Shown: positions 38,257-47,673 of the stretch, piece by piece
How the letters are laid out: each line of letters begins with the position of its first letter
Position numbering within the stretch: position 1 is the stretch's first letter
Source: Candidatus Limnocylindria bacterium
GTDB lineage: Bacteria; Chloroflexota; Limnocylindria; P2-11E
Direction: 5' to 3'
DNA: 64,000 bases
Assembly: GCA_036000705.1 (NCBI GenBank)
Contig: DASYUY010000031.1
Span: 394-64,393, forward strand
Program-made: the position numbers and the translations under genes
Notes under the pieces: model-generated
Database searches by the model: none
The model's input: the letters and a program-made list of their open reading frames with translations, nothing else
Told to the model about the DNA's origin: nothing

Positions 38257-39276
38257 TCAGGCGACAAGCTCCTTCGCGACGCGGACGATGTCGTCGACTT
38301 GCGGCACGACGGTCTTCTCGAGATGCTGCGCGTACGGGATCGGCGTCTCGAGACCGGCCAGGCGCTTCGGCGGCGCGTCCAGGTCGTCGAACGCCTCCTC
38401 CGCGACCATCGCCGCGATCTCCGCGCCGTATCCACCGCGCCTCACCGCCTCGTGCACGACGAGCAGCCGGTGCGTCTTGCGGACCGAGGTCAGCACGGCG
38501 TCCTTGTCGAGCGGCACGAGCGACCGCAGGTCGATGACTTCGGCATCGATGCCGTCGGCGGCGAGCCTGTCCGCGGCTTCGAGTGAGAGCAGCGTCTCGC
38601 GCGACCAGGTCACGATCGTGAGATCGGTGCCCTGGCGCTTCACCTCGGCCGTGCCGAGCGGCACGACATGCTCGCCGGTGGGCACCTGGCCTTTGGTGCG
38701 GTACAGGAGCTTGTGCTCGAGAAAGATCACCGGATCGTCGTCGCGGATCGCGGCTGCGAGCAGACCCTTCGCGTCGGCCGGCGTCGAAGGCATCACCACC
38801 TTGAGGCCCGCGACGTGCGTGAACCACGCCTCGAGCGACTTCGAGTGCTGGGCCGCGTTCCCGCGGCCGGATCCGCCCTGCGTTCGCATGACCATGGGTA
38901 CCCGTGCCTGCCCGCCGAACATGAACCGGTTCTGGGCCGCCTGGTTCACGAGCTGGTCCATCGCCAGCCCCGAGAAGTCGACGTACATGAGCTCCACGAC
39001 CGGACGCAGGCCCGTCAGCGCGGCACCGACCGCGGCGCCGACGATGCCGAGCTCGCTGATCGGCGTTTGGCGGATGCGCGTCGGGCCGAACGCGTCGAGC
39101 AGCCCCGCCGTGACCTGGAACGCGCCACCGTGCTCGGCGATGTCCTCGCCCATCACGATCACGCGCGGGTCGCGCTCCATTTCGATGCGCAGCGCGTCGC
39201 CGAGCGCCTCGTTGTAGAACATCTCGCGCGTCGGGCTCGACTCCGAGACGCGCTCAGGGTGCTCAGTAGCTCGCAT
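38257..39276 (-). CDS. E1 beta subunit
   Basis: 'VIVMGEDIAEHGGAFQVTAGLLDAFGPTRIRQTPISELGIVG'. Start ATG 39276 overlaps the end of E1 alpha. Confidence 0.9.
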   Translation of the reverse strand: MRATEHPERVSESSPTREMFYNEALGDALRIEMERDPRVIVMGEDIAEHGGAFQVTAGLLDAFGPTRIRQTPISELGIVGAAVGAALTGLRPVVELMYVDFSGLAMDQLVNQAAQNRFMFGGQARVPMVMRTQGGSGRGNAAQHSKSLEAWFTHVAGLKVVMPSTPADAKGLLAAAIRDDDPVIFLEHKLLYRTKGQVPTGEHVVPLGTAEVKRQGTDLTIVTWSRETLLSLEAADRLAADGIDAEVIDLRSLVPLDKDAVLTSVRKTHRLLVVHEAVRRGGYGAEIAAMVAEEAFDDLDAPPKRLAGLETPIPYAQHLEKTVVPQVDDIVRVAKELVA

Positions 39277-40225
39277 ACACGTCCTCAGGAAGCGTGATGG
39301 GCGACGCCGGCGGCCCCGCCTCGGCCCACGCGACGGCGCGCCTCGCTTCCTCGAGCACCTCGGCGTCGATCGCGTCGAGCTCCGCCGCGGTCGCGAGCTT
39401 CGCCTGGGTGATCCAGGCGCGCATGTCGACGAGCGGGTCGAAGCGCGCCTTCCATCCTTCGATCTCGTCCTTCGACTGGTACTTCCGCGGGTCGCCGTAG
39501 TAGTGCCCCTCATGGCGGTACGTATCCGCGACGAGGAAGGCCGGTCCCTCGCCGCGTCGCGCACGCGCGATCAGGTCGCCCGCCGCGTCGTAGACGGCGC
39601 GCACGTCGCGACCGTTCACCCGCACGCCGGGCATGCCGTAGCCTTCCGCGCGCTTGCTGATGTCCTCGACGGCGAATGCGCGCTTCACCGGGAGGCTTTC
39701 GGCGTACTGGTTGTTCTCGCACACGTAGATGACCGGCAGCTTCCAGATGGACGCGAGGTTGGCGGATTCGTGGAACGCACCCTGGTTGACGGCGCCGTCG
39801 CCGAAGAACGACACGGCGACCTGATCCGTGCCGAGCTGCTTCGCCGTCAGCGCCGCGCCCGTCGCGATCGGGATGCCGCCGCCGACGATGCCGTTCGCGC
39901 CGAGATTGCCCTTCGAGGTGTCGGCGATGTGCATCGACCCGCCTCGGCCGCGGCAGTACCCCGTTTCTCGTCCGAGCAGCTCCGCGTACATCCGGCCGAG
40001 GTCGGCACCCTTCGCGATGCAGTGTCCGTGTCCCCGGTGGGTGGAGGTGATCCAGTCGTCGTCGCGCAGGTGGGCGCACACGCCGGCCGCGATGCCTTCC
40101 TCACCAGCGTACGAATGGATCGTGCCCCAGAGCTTGCCTTCGCCGAACAGCACCGTGGAGCGCTCCTCGAAATCTCGGATGCGCTTCATGACGCGGTACA
40201 CATCCAGCGCCGTGCCCTTGTCCAT
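39263..40225 (-). CDS. E1 alpha subunit (TPP-dependent)
   Basis: Canonical TPP motif 'FFGDGAVNQGAFHESANLASIWKLPVIYVCENNQYAES'. ATGA overlap with the upstream ADH stop. Confidence 0.9.
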   Translation of the reverse strand: MDKGTALDVYRVMKRIRDFEERSTVLFGEGKLWGTIHSYAGEEGIAAGVCAHLRDDDWITSTHRGHGHCIAKGADLGRMYAELLGRETGYCRGRGGSMHIADTSKGNLGANGIVGGGIPIATGAALTAKQLGTDQVAVSFFGDGAVNQGAFHESANLASIWKLPVIYVCENNQYAESLPVKRAFAVEDISKRAEGYGMPGVRVNGRDVRAVYDAAGDLIARARRGEGPAFLVADTYRHEGHYYGDPRKYQSKDEIEGWKARFDPLVDMRAWITQAKLATAAELDAIDAEVLEEARRAVAWAEAGPPASPITLPEDVYASY

Positions 40226-41304
40226 CAGCTCTCCCCGGCCGGATGCAGCATGACCCGGATCGCTCCATCGCGACGCTCGGTGAAGGTCGCCCACGCCTCG
40301 GCGAAGTGCTCGAGCGGGAAGTGATGGGTCACGAGCCGGCGCACGTCGATCCGCCGGTCAGCCAGCAGCTCGAGCGCGCGCCCGGACACACCTTTCGGGT
40401 TCGCGAGTGAGCCGAGAACATCCAGGTTGCCGCGCACGATCGTGGCGAGGTCGATGCCCGACAGCTCGACGCCGCTCCCGGTCGCGCCGCCGAGGACGAC
40501 ACGACCGCCACGACGCGCGGTCAGGATCGCCGCGCGAGCCGCATCGGCAGTCCCGGCGAACTCGACCACCACATCCGCGGCGCCGCGGAGCGCATCGACA
40601 TCGGCGGGGTCGACGACCTCGTCCGCGAGATCGCGGACGCGCTCGAGGCGAGTGCCCCGCCCGACGAGTGTCACCGCGCGGGCGCCGAGGGCGCGCGCGA
40701 GCTGCACGGCGCAGAGACCGATCGCCCCGGGTCCGAAGACCACGACGCGCTCCCCCGCCGCGAGGCGGCCGCGCTCGAGCGCCCACAGCGCGACCCCGAG
40801 GTTATCGGTCCAGGCCCCGTCATCGAAGCTCACCGCATCGGGGAGGAGGTGCAGCGCGGCCTTCGGCACGAGCGCGTACTCGGCGAGCCCTCCGGCGATC
40901 GTGAAGCCGACGTGCGCGTGGCCGGTCTCGCGTTTCCCGTAGTTCATGCAGAGCGTGTACATGCCCTCGCGGCAACGGTCGCACGAGCCGCAGCCGACGT
41001 GCACCTCGACGCCGACGCGCGAGCCCACGGGCAGCGTGACGCGCTCGCCGGCGCTGACGACCTCACCGCTGAACTCATGACCTGGGATATGCGGGAAGCG
41101 CGTACCGGGGAACCGCCCGGCGAGGATCTTCTGGTCTGACGCGCACACCATCGACGAGCGCACGCGCACGATCGCCTGGCCACGGCTCGGCGTCGGCACG
41201 GGCACCGTCTCGACGCTGTACTCGCCGGAGCGAGCGAAGACGACGGCGCGCATGGTGGAGGGAACGCCGGCGCGGCGAGGCGGTGCCTCGGTCGCGGTCC
41301 TCAT
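40225..41304 (-). CDS. zinc-dependent alcohol dehydrogenase (MDR family)
   Basis: 'CASDQKI', 'GHEFSGEVV', 'VFGPGAIG'. The conserved N-terminus begins at 'MRAVVFA' (41253). ATG 41304 overlaps the upstream stop. Confidence 0.85.
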   Translation of the reverse strand: MRTATEAPPRRAGVPSTMRAVVFARSGEYSVETVPVPTPSRGQAIVRVRSSMVCASDQKILAGRFPGTRFPHIPGHEFSGEVVSAGERVTLPVGSRVGVEVHVGCGSCDRCREGMYTLCMNYGKRETGHAHVGFTIAGGLAEYALVPKAALHLLPDAVSFDDGAWTDNLGVALWALERGRLAAGERVVVFGPGAIGLCAVQLARALGARAVTLVGRGTRLERVRDLADEVVDPADVDALRGAADVVVEFAGTADAARAAILTARRGGRVVLGGATGSGVELSGIDLATIVRGNLDVLGSLANPKGVSGRALELLADRRIDVRRLVTHHFPLEHFAEAWATFTERRDGAIRVMLHPAGES

Positions 41305-42347
41305 GGCTCGACGATCACCTTGAGTGCGCCGTCGACCCGTCCGGTGAAGGTGCGAAGCGCGTCGGCGAAGTCCGCGAGCTTGAAGTGATGCGTGATGAGC
41401 TTGTCCGCCGGGATGCGGCCCTCCGCCAAGAGGGGGATGACCTCCTCCATCGTGTTGCGGTTCGCGCGCACGCCGTAGAGGTCGATCTCCTCGAGAACGA
41501 TCTTCTGGAAATCGATCGTGCTCGGTTCCTTCGGGATACCGGTGAACGCGACGCGTCCACCCTTGCGGACCATTCGGATCGCCTGTCCGACCGAGTCCTT
41601 GGTCCCGGCGGAATCGAGGGCGACGTCCGCGCCCACGCCGCCCGTCATCTCGCGCACCTTCGCGACCGGGTCGCCGTCGTGGTAGTCGACGGTCTCAAAG
41701 CCCAGAGCGCACGCGCGATCCAGGCGCTTGCCACCGCCGACGACGATCACGCGTCCGGCGCCGAGTGTCTTCGCGCACATCGCGATCAGAATGCCCATGC
41801 CGCCCGAGCCCACGCCGACGACGACGTCACCCGGCTCGACGCCCGGACGTTTTACCGAGTGGAGCGCGATCGATGCGGTGTCGCACAGCGCGGCGACGTC
41901 GTAGGGCATCGCGTCGGGGACCCGGAAGACGCTCTTGATCGTCTGGACCACGTACTCGGCATAGGCACCCTGCGTGTAGTGGCCGTACTGCCGGTGGCCG
42001 AGATCCTCACGGCCGTAGTTGAAGCACAGGTTGTAGCGGCCGGTGCGGCACATCCGGCAGTAGCCGCACCCCGAGTGCGACGTTCCGGCGACACGCGTGC
42101 GCGGGACGAAGCCGAACGCGCGCGCGACATCGCCCGCTTCGACGACCTCGCCCGACCACTCGTGACCCGGGATGAACGGGTACGCGCGCGGCCAGCGGCC
42201 CGTGAAGGTGCCCGCGATGATCTCGGCGTCCGTGCCGCAGATCGCGATCGCCTTGACGCGGCAGAGCACCTCGTTCGACGCCGGCGCGGGCTTGGGCACG
42301 TCGCGGATCTCGAACTCGTGTGGCGCGGTCAGCACGAGCGCGTTCAT
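41301..42347 (-). CDS. zinc-dependent alcohol dehydrogenase (sorbitol/threonine/butanediol DH-like)
   Basis: 'ICGTDAEI', 'GHEWSGEVVE', 'GCGYCRMC', 'GVGSGGMG'. Confidence 0.85.
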   Translation of the reverse strand: MNALVLTAPHEFEIRDVPKPAPASNEVLCRVKAIAICGTDAEIIAGTFTGRWPRAYPFIPGHEWSGEVVEAGDVARAFGFVPRTRVAGTSHSGCGYCRMCRTGRYNLCFNYGREDLGHRQYGHYTQGAYAEYVVQTIKSVFRVPDAMPYDVAALCDTASIALHSVKRPGVEPGDVVVGVGSGGMGILIAMCAKTLGAGRVIVVGGGKRLDRACALGFETVDYHDGDPVAKVREMTGGVGADVALDSAGTKDSVGQAIRMVRKGGRVAFTGIPKEPSTIDFQKIVLEEIDLYGVRANRNTMEEVIPLLAEGRIPADKLITHHFKLADFADALRTFTGRVDGALKVIVEP

Positions 42348-42353
42348 CAGCTC

Positions 42354-43121
42354 CTACCTCTCCACGAAGGCGACGACGCGGCAGATGCATCCTTCGCCGC
42401 CGACCCAGCGCCAGGGGAACGCGCCGACGTCGACGCGTCGGCCCGCGACCTCGGCGAGCTCGCCGCCGAGGTTCTCCAGCATCGGGACATTCGCCTTGGC
42501 CATGTGGTAGTGCACGTGCTCGAAGTCCTTCATCGGAAGCGTCTCGTCGATCGGCTTCCCGGTCTGCGCCTCGTACTCCTTGACCAGGTCGGGCCGGAAG
42601 TAGCGGACACGGACGTGCAGGGAGTGGTCCATCGACGCGAGGTCGCCGCCGAACCACCGGATCTTCTTCTCGACGAGGTAGTCGCACACTTCCGGCTGCG
42701 GGCCGGGATGCCGGTCGAAGTACGCGACGTCGTCGCGTGTCGGCTTCGTCCAGTTGTAGCGGTCCCAGCCGGTGTAAAGGATCACGATGTCGCCGTCGCG
42801 GATCTGCTCGCCCTTCGGCACGCACGAGAGCACGTCCTTGAGCGAGTAATAGGACCAAGGCTTGGTGATCGGGCGCAGGTCGACCACCAGCCCGGTCCCG
42901 TACAGGTCACCGATGGGGATCTCGCCCAGGTGCTTGCCCGTCGGCCAGTAATGGATCGGCGCGTCGATGTGCGTGCCGGTGTGCATGTTCGTGCGCACCA
43001 GCACGGTGCTCTTGCCGTCGCGGTGATGCGTCGTGATGTCCGTCACCTGGATCGCCTCGAACTGCGGCCAGGTCGGCATCCGATCACCCCACGGCTGGGT
43101 GAGGTCGACGAGTCGCGCCAT
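42354..43121 (-). CDS. cyclase family protein (arylformamidase-like)
   Basis: 'HTGTHIDAPIHY' motif. Confidence 0.8.
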   Translation of the reverse strand: MARLVDLTQPWGDRMPTWPQFEAIQVTDITTHHRDGKSTVLVRTNMHTGTHIDAPIHYWPTGKHLGEIPIGDLYGTGLVVDLRPITKPWSYYSLKDVLSCVPKGEQIRDGDIVILYTGWDRYNWTKPTRDDVAYFDRHPGPQPEVCDYLVEKKIRWFGGDLASMDHSLHVRVRYFRPDLVKEYEAQTGKPIDETLPMKDFEHVHYHMAKANVPMLENLGGELAEVAGRRVDVGAFPWRWVGGEGCICRVVAFVER

Positions 43122-43145
43122 CCGTCCTCCGCTACCGCTGCCCCG

Positions 43146-44205
43146 TCAGTACGGCCAGTCCTTCTTGCCGAGCTGCGAAACGATCTTGTTCGCCAGGGTG
43201 AGGTCCGCGATGTCCGCGAACGAGATCGCCCGGTCGATCTGCTTCAGATCGACGAGGCTCGCCACAGTCCCTTCGACGTTCTTCTGCGGCACGCCCTCGT
43301 TCTGCGGCCATGCCTTTCCGGTCTCGAGTGTCTTGTACGCCGCCTCGACGACATCGCGCTCCGCCTTGGTCTCGCGGACCGCCATCGTGAGGATCTGCGC
43401 ACGTAGCGCCGGGTCGTACATCGCGCGGTTCGCGCGCATGATCGCGCGGAGCATGCATTCGGTGAGCGCGCTCTTCGCCTCGCTCGTCGGCACGGCGTAG
43501 ACCGCGTACTGGTAGTCGGTGAGTACGTCCCACATGTTGACCAGAGGGACGATGTTCGGTGCGGTCTTCTTGACGGCCAGCACTTGATCGACGTGCAGGA
43601 TGGCCGTATCGGTGCCACCGGACACGAGCTGCTGTACGCGGGCGGCCGTCGTCGTCGTGACGAACTGCACGTCCGTCGCATTGATGCCGACCTTCTTGAG
43701 ATAGGCGCGCGAGAGCGCGTCGGCGAAGCCACCCGGCTCCTGGATCCCGATCTTCTTGCCCTTGAGGTCCGCGGGCGTCTTGATCGTGTCGCGAACCGCG
43801 AACACCTGGCTGATGTTGGGCGAGTACGACTGCACGACGCGGACGCTCACGCCCTGCGAGATCGCGGTGATGACCGGTTCGGTCGATGTCCCGGCCATGT
43901 TCACGCCGCCGGATGCCATCGAGCGCAGCGCGCCGACGCCGCCCTCGAAGCGCACCAGCTCCACGGTCAGGTTCTCGTCCTTGAAGTAGCCGAGCTCCTG
44001 CGCGACGTACGGCGGCAGGTGCACGACGTTCGGCGGTGTCACCGGCACCGCGATCTTCACCGAAGTCGGCTGGCACGTCGCCTTCGCCGCGGCGGTCGCG
44101 CTGGCCACGGTCGCGGCCGATGCGCTCGGACTCGGCGTCGCTCCTCCGCCGCACGCGCCAAGAACGAGAACGAATACCAGTGCGCTGGTCAAACGTGCGC
44201 GCATG
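43146..44205 (-). CDS. ABC transporter substrate-binding lipoprotein (NitT/TauT, NMT1/THI5-like)
   Basis: From 'MRARLTS'. Lipobox 'LVLGAC'. GGGAGGG SD. C-terminal part of track ORF 43146..44918. Confidence 0.8.
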
Positions 44206-44218
44206 CTGACCCTCCCGG

Positions 44219-45091
44219 TTATTGCTCGCGCCGCAGCCACGGTGCGACGCGGCCTTCGATGAGCTGGACCAACCCCATGAGAACGACCCCGAAGAGCGCG
44301 ACGACGATGACCGGGACGAACATCCGGTCGATGCGGAACGTGTTCTGGTACACGATGATCAGGTAGCCAAGGCCGGCCAGGCCGATGATGAACTCGGCGA
44401 CGATCATGCCGATCAGCGCGCGGCCGATCGCCAGGCGGATGCCCGCGAGCATGAACGGCAGCGACGCCGGCACGATGACGTCGGACCACAGTCGTCTCTC
44501 GCTGGTGTTGAACGCGCGAGCCACCTCCATCAAAGAAGGATCGATGTTGCGAACGCCCTGCTGCGTGTTGATCAGGATCGGGAAGATCGCGAACACGACC
44601 ACCGCCGCGATGCGCGGCGCTTCGCCGGAGTAGTTGAACGCGACGGCGATGATCGGCAGGAGCGCCACCGAAGGCACCGAGTACAGCGCGCTGACCCACG
44701 GGTCGAGCGCATTGAAGAGCACGCGCGAGCGGCCGGACGCGATGCCGATGACGAGACCGGCCACGACGGCGATCGCGAGACCCACGCTGAACACGCGGAA
44801 GCTCTGCCCCATCGCGAGCTGCAGCTCGCCGTTCCCGATGAGATCGAAGAACGCCAGGAAGATCTGCGATGGGGGACGGAGGATGAGGCGATTGACGTAC
44901 GGACCGAGGAACTCCCACGCGGCCAGGACGACGACGATCGATGCCGCGCGGATCGCGAGATCGCTCGTGCTGAGCTGGCGGAGACGTGACGACGCGTGGG
45001 CCATCCCCACGGGCGGCGCCGCGACGCGCATCCGTTCGACACCGGCATGACGGGCGTCCTGCGTCTCGACGCCGGCGCGATGGAACGTCAC
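44219..45091 (-). CDS. ABC transporter permease (NitT/TauT family)
   Basis: 6 TM. EAA-like loop 'ARAFNTSERRLWSDVIVPASLPFMLAGIR'. GTGA overlap with the ATPase stop. Confidence 0.8.
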   Translation of the reverse strand: MTFHRAGVETQDARHAGVERMRVAAPPVGMAHASSRLRQLSTSDLAIRAASIVVVLAAWEFLGPYVNRLILRPPSQIFLAFFDLIGNGELQLAMGQSFRVFSVGLAIAVVAGLVIGIASGRSRVLFNALDPWVSALYSVPSVALLPIIAVAFNYSGEAPRIAAVVVFAIFPILINTQQGVRNIDPSLMEVARAFNTSERRLWSDVIVPASLPFMLAGIRLAIGRALIGMIVAEFIIGLAGLGYLIIVYQNTFRIDRMFVPVIVVALFGVVLMGLVQLIEGRVAPWLRREQ

Positions 45092-45852
45092 GCGGCCGCT
45101 GCCTTCTCGCGCAGCAGACGCCAGCAGTGGTCCCGGAGCTCGACGAAACGCGGATGCGCGATGACCGACGCGACCGTCCGCGGGCGTGGGATGTCGATGA
45201 CGAGCGTCTCCCGCACGCGCGCCGGCCGAGCGGTCAGCACGACGACGCGGTCACCGAGTGCGATCGCCTCCTCGATGGAGTGCGTGATGAACACCATCGT
45301 GCGCGGCTCTCGCTGATAGATCCGCAGCAACTCGTCCTGCAGGATCTCGCGCGTCTGCGCGTCCAGCGACCCGAACGGCTCGTCCATGAGCAGGATGTCC
45401 GGCTGCAGCGCGAGCGCCCGCGCGAGACCCGCCCGCTGCTGCATGCCTCCCGAAAGCTGGTACGGGTAGCTGCGCTCGAAGCCCACCAGGCCGACCATGT
45501 CGATGTAGCGCGCGACGCGGTCCGCCACCTCCGCCCGCGGCAGGCCGCTGAGCTCCACGCCATATCCGACGTTCTCGCTGACGCGCTTCCAGGGCATGAG
45601 ACCGAAGTGCTGGAACACCATCGCGACGTTCCGCCGCGGCGTGCGCACCTCTGTGTCGTCGATCAGGATCCGGCCGGCGTCGAGCCGCACGAGGCCGTGC
45701 ATGGTCCGGAGGAGCGTCGTCTTGCCGCAGCCGGAGGGTCCGAGGATGCAGAGCGTCTCGCGCTCGCGCACCGCCAGGTCGAGGCCCTCGAACACGGTCA
45801 CCGCGCCAGTGGAGAATCGCTTCGTCGCGCCGTCGACCACGATACGGTTCAC
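45088..45852 (-). CDS. ABC transporter ATP-binding protein
   Basis: 'GPSGCGKTT', 'LSGGMQQR', 'LLMDEPFGSLD'. Confidence 0.9.
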   Translation of the reverse strand: MNRIVVDGATKRFSTGAVTVFEGLDLAVRERETLCILGPSGCGKTTLLRTMHGLVRLDAGRILIDDTEVRTPRRNVAMVFQHFGLMPWKRVSENVGYGVELSGLPRAEVADRVARYIDMVGLVGFERSYPYQLSGGMQQRAGLARALALQPDILLMDEPFGSLDAQTREILQDELLRIYQREPRTMVFITHSIEEAIALGDRVVVLTARPARVRETLVIDIPRPRTVASVIAHPRFVELRDHCWRLLREKAAAA

Positions 45853-46892
45853 GCCGATCTCCGCGCGGTCGCGCGGGCGGGAGCGGTCGATCCACGGATC
45901 ACCAGCGTGGCATCGAGGACGACGCGCCGATCCTTGATGGTCTCCCGCTCCAGCTGAGCGATGAGGAGCGATGCGGCTGTCGCTCCCATCTCCTGCTGCG
46001 GCACATGCACCGTGGTGAGGGGTGGGTCGAAGAGGTCCGCCAGCGGGATGTCGTTGAAGCCCACGATCGACAGATCCTTCGGTACCTCGAGACCGGCCTC
46101 GCGCGCGGCGCGCAGGGTGCCCAGAGCGATCAGGTCGTTGGCGGCGAAGATCGCCGTCGGTGCCTCGCCCGCGCGCAGCAGCCGGCGCGCCGCGCGATAA
46201 CCGGCCTCCTCCGAGAAGCCTTCCGCGATCGCGACGATCCCGTCGTCGGCCGGCAGCCGGTGCCGGCGAAGCGCGGCCCGCGCTGTCGCGAGCCGCTCCT
46301 GTCCGGTCATCGTCGTCTGCGGTCCACCGACCAGTCCGATGCCCCGGTGGCCGAGCCCCACGAGGTGGTCGACGGCTGCGGCGGTGCCTTCGCGGTTGTT
46401 GGGCAGCACGGCGAGATCATCGCCGCCACGCGGCGCGCGGTTCAGCAGGACGTAAGGGAATTTCTCGCGGCGCAGCTCGGCGATCGTCGAATCCGCCATG
46501 AAGCTCGATGCGATCAGCAGCCCGTCGACCTGCCGTTCGCGCAGCACGCGGAGATACGTGGCCTCGCGCTCCGATGAATCCATCGTGTTGCACAGGATGA
46601 GGTTGTAGCCGCGCGCGTGCGCCGTGTCCTCGACGCCCTTGATGATCGGCGGAAAGAACGGATTGGTGATGTCGGGCACCAGCATGCCGAGCGTGAACGT
46701 TCGCCGTAGTCGAAGGCTCCGCGCGAGTGCCGACGGGCGATAGCCGAGACGGCTCGCCGCGGCGATGACTCGCTCGCGCGTCTCCGGCAGCAAGCTGAGC
46801 TCGGCGCGCCCGTTGAGGACGCGTGACACGGTCGACGGGTGGACGCTCGCAGCGCGCGCGACGTCCATGATCGTGATGCGCGGCTCCGCCAA
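45849..46892 (-). CDS. LacI family transcriptional regulator
   Basis: 'ITIMDVARAASVHPSTVSRVLNG' HTH plus a periplasmic-binding-like core. TTG 46892 lies 5 nt after GAGGAG; the ORF opens at 46967. Confidence 0.85.
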   Translation of the reverse strand: MAEPRITIMDVARAASVHPSTVSRVLNGRAELSLLPETRERVIAAASRLGYRPSALARSLRLRRTFTLGMLVPDITNPFFPPIIKGVEDTAHARGYNLILCNTMDSSEREATYLRVLRERQVDGLLIASSFMADSTIAELRREKFPYVLLNRAPRGGDDLAVLPNNREGTAAAVDHLVGLGHRGIGLVGGPQTTMTGQERLATARAALRRHRLPADDGIVAIAEGFSEEAGYRAARRLLRAGEAPTAIFAANDLIALGTLRAAREAGLEVPKDLSIVGFNDIPLADLFDPPLTTVHVPQQEMGATAASLLIAQLERETIKDRRVVLDATLVIRGSTAPARATARRSA

Positions 46893-46972
46893 TCGGGCTC
46901 CTCTCGTTCCCACCACCCCGGGATCGGGAATTTCCGCAGTATCGGCCGCAGGCGGCGCCAGCGTCAAATGAA

Positions 46973-46995
46973 CAATCGATTGGACAATCGATTGT
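46973..46995. promoter_or_regulatory. tandem perfect palindromes CAATCGATTG-ga-CAATCGATTG (candidate LacI-family operators)
   Basis: Two 10-bp perfect palindromes with a central CG, 2 bp apart. The second extends to the 12-bp ACAATCGATTGT. They lie in the divergent region between the LacI gene and the CMD-like gene. Confidence 0.5.
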
Positions 46996-47080
46996 GCGAG
47001 CAGCGTGGCGCCGCCGTCGCCTCAGCGCGTGGGAAGGCGCGGAGCGGCGACCGCTGCGGTGGCTCACCTGACGCGCCGGA

Positions 47081-47086
47081 TAGGAT
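47081..47086 (+). promoter_or_regulatory. -10-like TAGGAT, 8 nt upstream of ATG 47095
   Basis: TANNNT at leaderless spacing. Confidence 0.3.
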
Positions 47087-47094
47087 GCTGAGCG

Positions 47095-47673
47095 ATGGCG
47101 CGCATCAGCTACGTCGCTCCGGAGTCGCTCGATCCGGAGCTCCGCGGCTATCTCGAGGACGCGCGACGCTTCGGCACGCCACGACCCGAGACGCAGTCGA
47201 TCCGCTCGCACGTTCCGGCCGTCGCCAAGGCGTTCTCGCATGCCTGGGATCGCATGTTCCGCCACGGTGTGCTGGATCATCCGCTCAAAGAGCTGTGCCG
47301 CGTCTACGTCTCGAAGACCATCGAGTGCGACTACTGAGGCTCGCAGCGGTCTCTTCGTGGAAGAGAACAGGGACTGACCGAGGCGGACTACACGGGGCTC
47401 CTCGATTTCGAACGCTCCGATCGCTTCACGGCACGTCAGAAGGCCGCGCTCCTGTACACCAGCATGCTGGTCTGGGATCCGGAGGGTGTTGACGACGCCC
47501 TGTGGGCGGAGCTCCGCCGGCATTTCTCCGAGGCGCAGATCGTCGAGCTGGGCAGCTTCATCGCGGTGACCTACGGACAGCAGCGGGTCATCAAGACCTG
47601 GAGCGTCGGCCATGGCGAGCTTGCGGGGGAGGCCGGCGCGGGACTCGCGCCGACCGAGAGCGAGCGCTCGTGA
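47095..47673 (+). CDS. AhpD/carboxymuconolactone-decarboxylase-family protein with in-frame TGA at 47335..47337 (candidate selenocysteine, C-x-x-U)
   Basis: Track ORFs 47095..47337 and 47464..47673 share a frame, and no other stop lies between them. Read-through gives 'KTIECDY[U]GSQR...FTARQKAALLYTSMLVWDP'. Confidence 0.55.
47350..47366 (+). other. hairpin 12 nt downstream of the in-frame TGA (candidate bacterial SECIS)
   Basis: tctcttc-gtg-gaagaga, 7-bp stem. It spans six consecutive A/T-ending codons in a GC3-rich genome. Confidence 0.45.
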
